A DNA stretch of 61,946 nucleotides, filler included, from Bipalium vagum (Eukaryota), in the NCBI GenBank assembly GCA_037834085.1. It is 3 parts of 3 records of this genome, joined end to end, with 100 filler letters (N's around TTAATTAATTAA, not from the genome) between each part and the next. Parts side by side here need not be neighbours in the genome. Positions count along the whole stretch, not along the records: positions 44,980 to 61,946 come from JBBMKC010084096.1; 2 more parts are not named here. One strand, given 5' to 3'. The notes beneath the pieces are model-generated. The model was not told the origin of the DNA. It did not search any database and was given only the letters and a program-made list of their open reading frames with translations. Both the position numbers and the translations under genes were made by a program. Shown here in pieces: positions 59,046 through 61,946 of this stretch. The number at the start of each line of letters is the position of its first letter. The first letter of the stretch is position 1.

Positions 59046-59375
59046 GGGCAGAGAGTGATAAAAGAAACAAAGAGAAACAGAGGGAGGAGTTAAGAGATGG
59101 ATAAAAAAGAAGCAAAAAGAGAATCCCAGATGGAAATAGAGAAAGAACAGTGGGGAAGAGGAAAAGGACATAGGAAAAAAGGGAAGAGAAATGGAAAGCG
59201 AAAAAGAAAGAGAACAGTAGAAAAGAGATAAAATAGTGTAGATGAATAGAGAAGGTAAGAGAAAAATGAAGACAAAAGAATAAATAAAATAACATTAAGA
59301 GAAAGGAAAGAAGAAAGATAGAGGGTCACAGAGCGGACAGAGATCAAAGAAAAAGAAGGATTGGAACAAAAAACA
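59046..59375 (+). repeat. ~330-bp purine-rich (A/G) low-complexity tract
   Basis: Almost exclusively A/G on the plus strand. It explains the spurious F/L/S-rich minus-strand ORFs. Confidence 0.85.
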
Positions 59376-61852
59376 AAATGATGTTTTAGAATTCAGATAT
59401 GACCAGAAAAGATTTCAAATTTTAATTAGTATTGATTTTCAAATTAGAGCTTTGACGGTAAAAAAAATCGAAATAGAAAATTAAAGCTTATAGGAAAATT
59501 GATTAATTCTTATCATAGAATAATAAACATTTTTCATCTACACTATGGTGAAGCTTTTCGATTTAAGAGAATGACTTTGTCTTTTGTAATTCTAATATTG
59601 ATTGTATGGATATTTATCGCTGATATTTGTGTTCTTTTCCTAACAGTGGTGTTTACGTTTTATGATTTCCGTTTTCACTCTTTTGTATTTTTCAGCAAAA
59701 ACATAAAACAGTTACAATAGTCAATTAATTATTAAATTAAACTTTTTCAAAATGAGCAGCTTTCCTTAATTAGCACCTTAAGTGTTCTTTATGTCAAACC
59801 AAGGTACCTTTTCCGCCTTGTAATTATTCAACCGTAGTAGGTTACACTGATTATTTATTGTTATTAATGTTACAATTTTTAGAAAATAACGTTAGAGAAT
59901 TTTAAATTATATTTTTTAGTATTAAGTGATATATTGTCCAAATATGAATCACATTTTTTAGTTTAATATTTTTATATAAATTCCCAAAATATTCTTTACT
60001 AAAAAAAATCTTTTTCAAAAATTGAGGTTTGCTAATTAGACTGATTACCGTATTACAAGATCCTAAATTTCTCAAACCCTCCTAATGCATATTTAGTGAT
60101 GTTCTCAACATATCTATTAGAAAAACTATTTTAATACTGTTATACTACTTATATGTGAAAGTAAAGACAATTGATCATATATATGTTCAAAAGTACTGAA
60201 AATTAAATAAAGTTGAATCTTTATTTGGTTTGTTTGAAGTGGTATGAGCTCTACATTTGCTTGATCAGATGTATTGAAATTATAGTGTTAAGTAATGTAT
60301 ATTTGCGGATTGGTACTCTATCACAATATTAGATTTTATAATCGCCAAGTAAAAAAATGGCATAGTATATTTTTACCTATTACAGGGTTTTCCATTGTTA
60401 TGCGTGCATGGTTGCAAAAAGGTATATGCATGCTAGCATAATGACAAGGACATTTTTCAATAATGTTAAAATTATAGCAATGACAACATATATATTTATT
60501 ATATAAAAGATGTACACAAAACATTTATATATTAAAAGGAATTGTAAAACATTGAATTAAGTAAATCTCCAGACTTGCCTTTTCTAGCCAAATTATGTTT
60601 TATAAAATTGACTAAGCACCTATATATGATCTATATTTAGAACAACGTTTAAACAATCCTTTAATTTTGTGTGATTGTTTCTTGCCTGTTAATCTTCGGG
60701 TCTTTAACATTGAGAATAACTCATTTATTGGGCTTAAAGGTGCTGAATATTGTGGCAGAAACTTAAGGAATGTTATTTCTTTGCAATGTATTCAACAAAC
60801 ACCTTATCTTGTGGAAGCGTACATTATTCATAATTAAAATTTTTGATTATTTTGGAGGTAAGAACGCAATTTATCAATAATGTAGTATATAAATGTTTCA
60901 TTGTTATATGCTCCTTTACGTATTCCATCAGCCATAGCATTATTGTTACTAATTATACACAATCAACATTTATTTTCCCCTCGATGCTGAAGGTGACGTC
61001 TTTTTCACTCTTCTTGACCTGCTCATACTCTCTTTCTTCTTCATCTCCAATTGTACAAACGCTATCCTCCTCAAAAACACCATATCACAATCAGTAATTA
61101 GTACTCTGTAAACCAATAATAATTCACCTGTATTCAAATTTGTTTGTTTTAGATTGCAGAATGGATATGATATTCTTTTCGTAGTGATTGCATCAAACAA
61201 TCTCTCGAGCTCACTTAACTGGATCATATAATCTGAATATGTAATTACCAAAGCTACTTTTTCACTTTTTCTATATTTTTCTCTTCCTTTGATTATGAGT
61301 TGTTGGGTTCTTACACCTATTCTTGCATTGACCACTAGTCCTATTGCAGTCTGTAACTTCCAAGTTACAAAGACTGATTCGAAGTTTTCTGAATTTACAA
61401 TGACGGGAACTGGTATTAACGATGTTTCCAAGAAAGTTCTTAGTATTATTTGCACCTCAAATTAAATTTTTGTATTTTTCCATCTCGACTCCATATTTAT
61501 TTTATTGACCGTCTTTAGAATTAACCATATGCCAATTATGGACTTTTCTTCATCCATTCTACTTTCACATAGCTGTGCCAACAATAATTCATCAATTGCA
61601 CTATCTGGTCCATCCACAAAATTTTCACATCTTCACAAATTTTAAACATCTATGCATAAATTTCTAACGTTAGTTTATCCGGTTCCTCTGTTGTCTCCTT
61701 CCAATGATGACAAAACTGGCTCAATTAGCTCTAACAATCGTAATAATATCTTCTGATCTTCTTTGGTGGTTTCATCATATGCTTCTTTTTCATGCCAATA
61801 TATTTTAAAATGCAAAATTTTTATTTATAACATATGTACATTACATAAAAAT

Positions 61853-61946
61853 CAATCAGTTATGTATTAGCCTTTATTGTTAATGACTGTTTCCCATCGT
61901 TTAGGTAACTTTTCGATTCCATATCGATAGAAAGCTTGATCTTTTG
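61853..61946 (-). mobile_element. mariner transposase C-terminal fragment (continues beyond the window)
   Basis: FYRYGIEKLPKRWETVINNKG*YITD matches the mariner C-terminal consensus FY..GI.KLP.RW..V....G.Y. Confidence 0.75.

Noticed and set aside
59005-59347. Hydrophobic F/L/S-rich ORFs resembling membrane proteins
   Set aside because: They are translations of the polypyrimidine strand of a low-complexity tract.

Overview
AT-rich eukaryotic genomic DNA from a draft scaffold with three N gaps. Many introns are only 44-62 nt, and AAT microsatellites and Tc1/mariner relics are abundant. The style and gene content best fit an invertebrate such as a planarian flatworm (inference). I reconstructed five protein-coding genes exon by exon: a GPRIN/GRIN_C-domain gene with a single coding exon (-), BiP/HSPA5 (-, 2 exons, ends KTEL), UDP-glucose 4-epimerase GALE (+, 7 exons), a full-length alpha-actinin (-, 17 exons) and the NuRD subunit p66/GATAD2 (+, 5 exons). 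BiP/GALE and actinin/p66 are divergent pairs. Intergenic DNA holds DNA-transposon relics (Tc1, mariner, DD41D-like, pogo/Tigger MITEs, hAT) and a Polinton-like PolB fragment bounded by inverted repeats. The most notable unexplained signal is a set of frame-preserving micro-exons and alternative exons inside the long introns. In actinin these are a 10/15+26+30-nt cluster between EF-hands 1 and 2 that adds an RRPS kinase motif, and a candidate internal exon. In p66 they are a 21-nt one-heptad micro-exon after the GATA finger and a candidate internal first exon. An ERSE-like element sits in the shared BiP-GALE intergenic region. All alternative-exon calls are sequence-only predictions.
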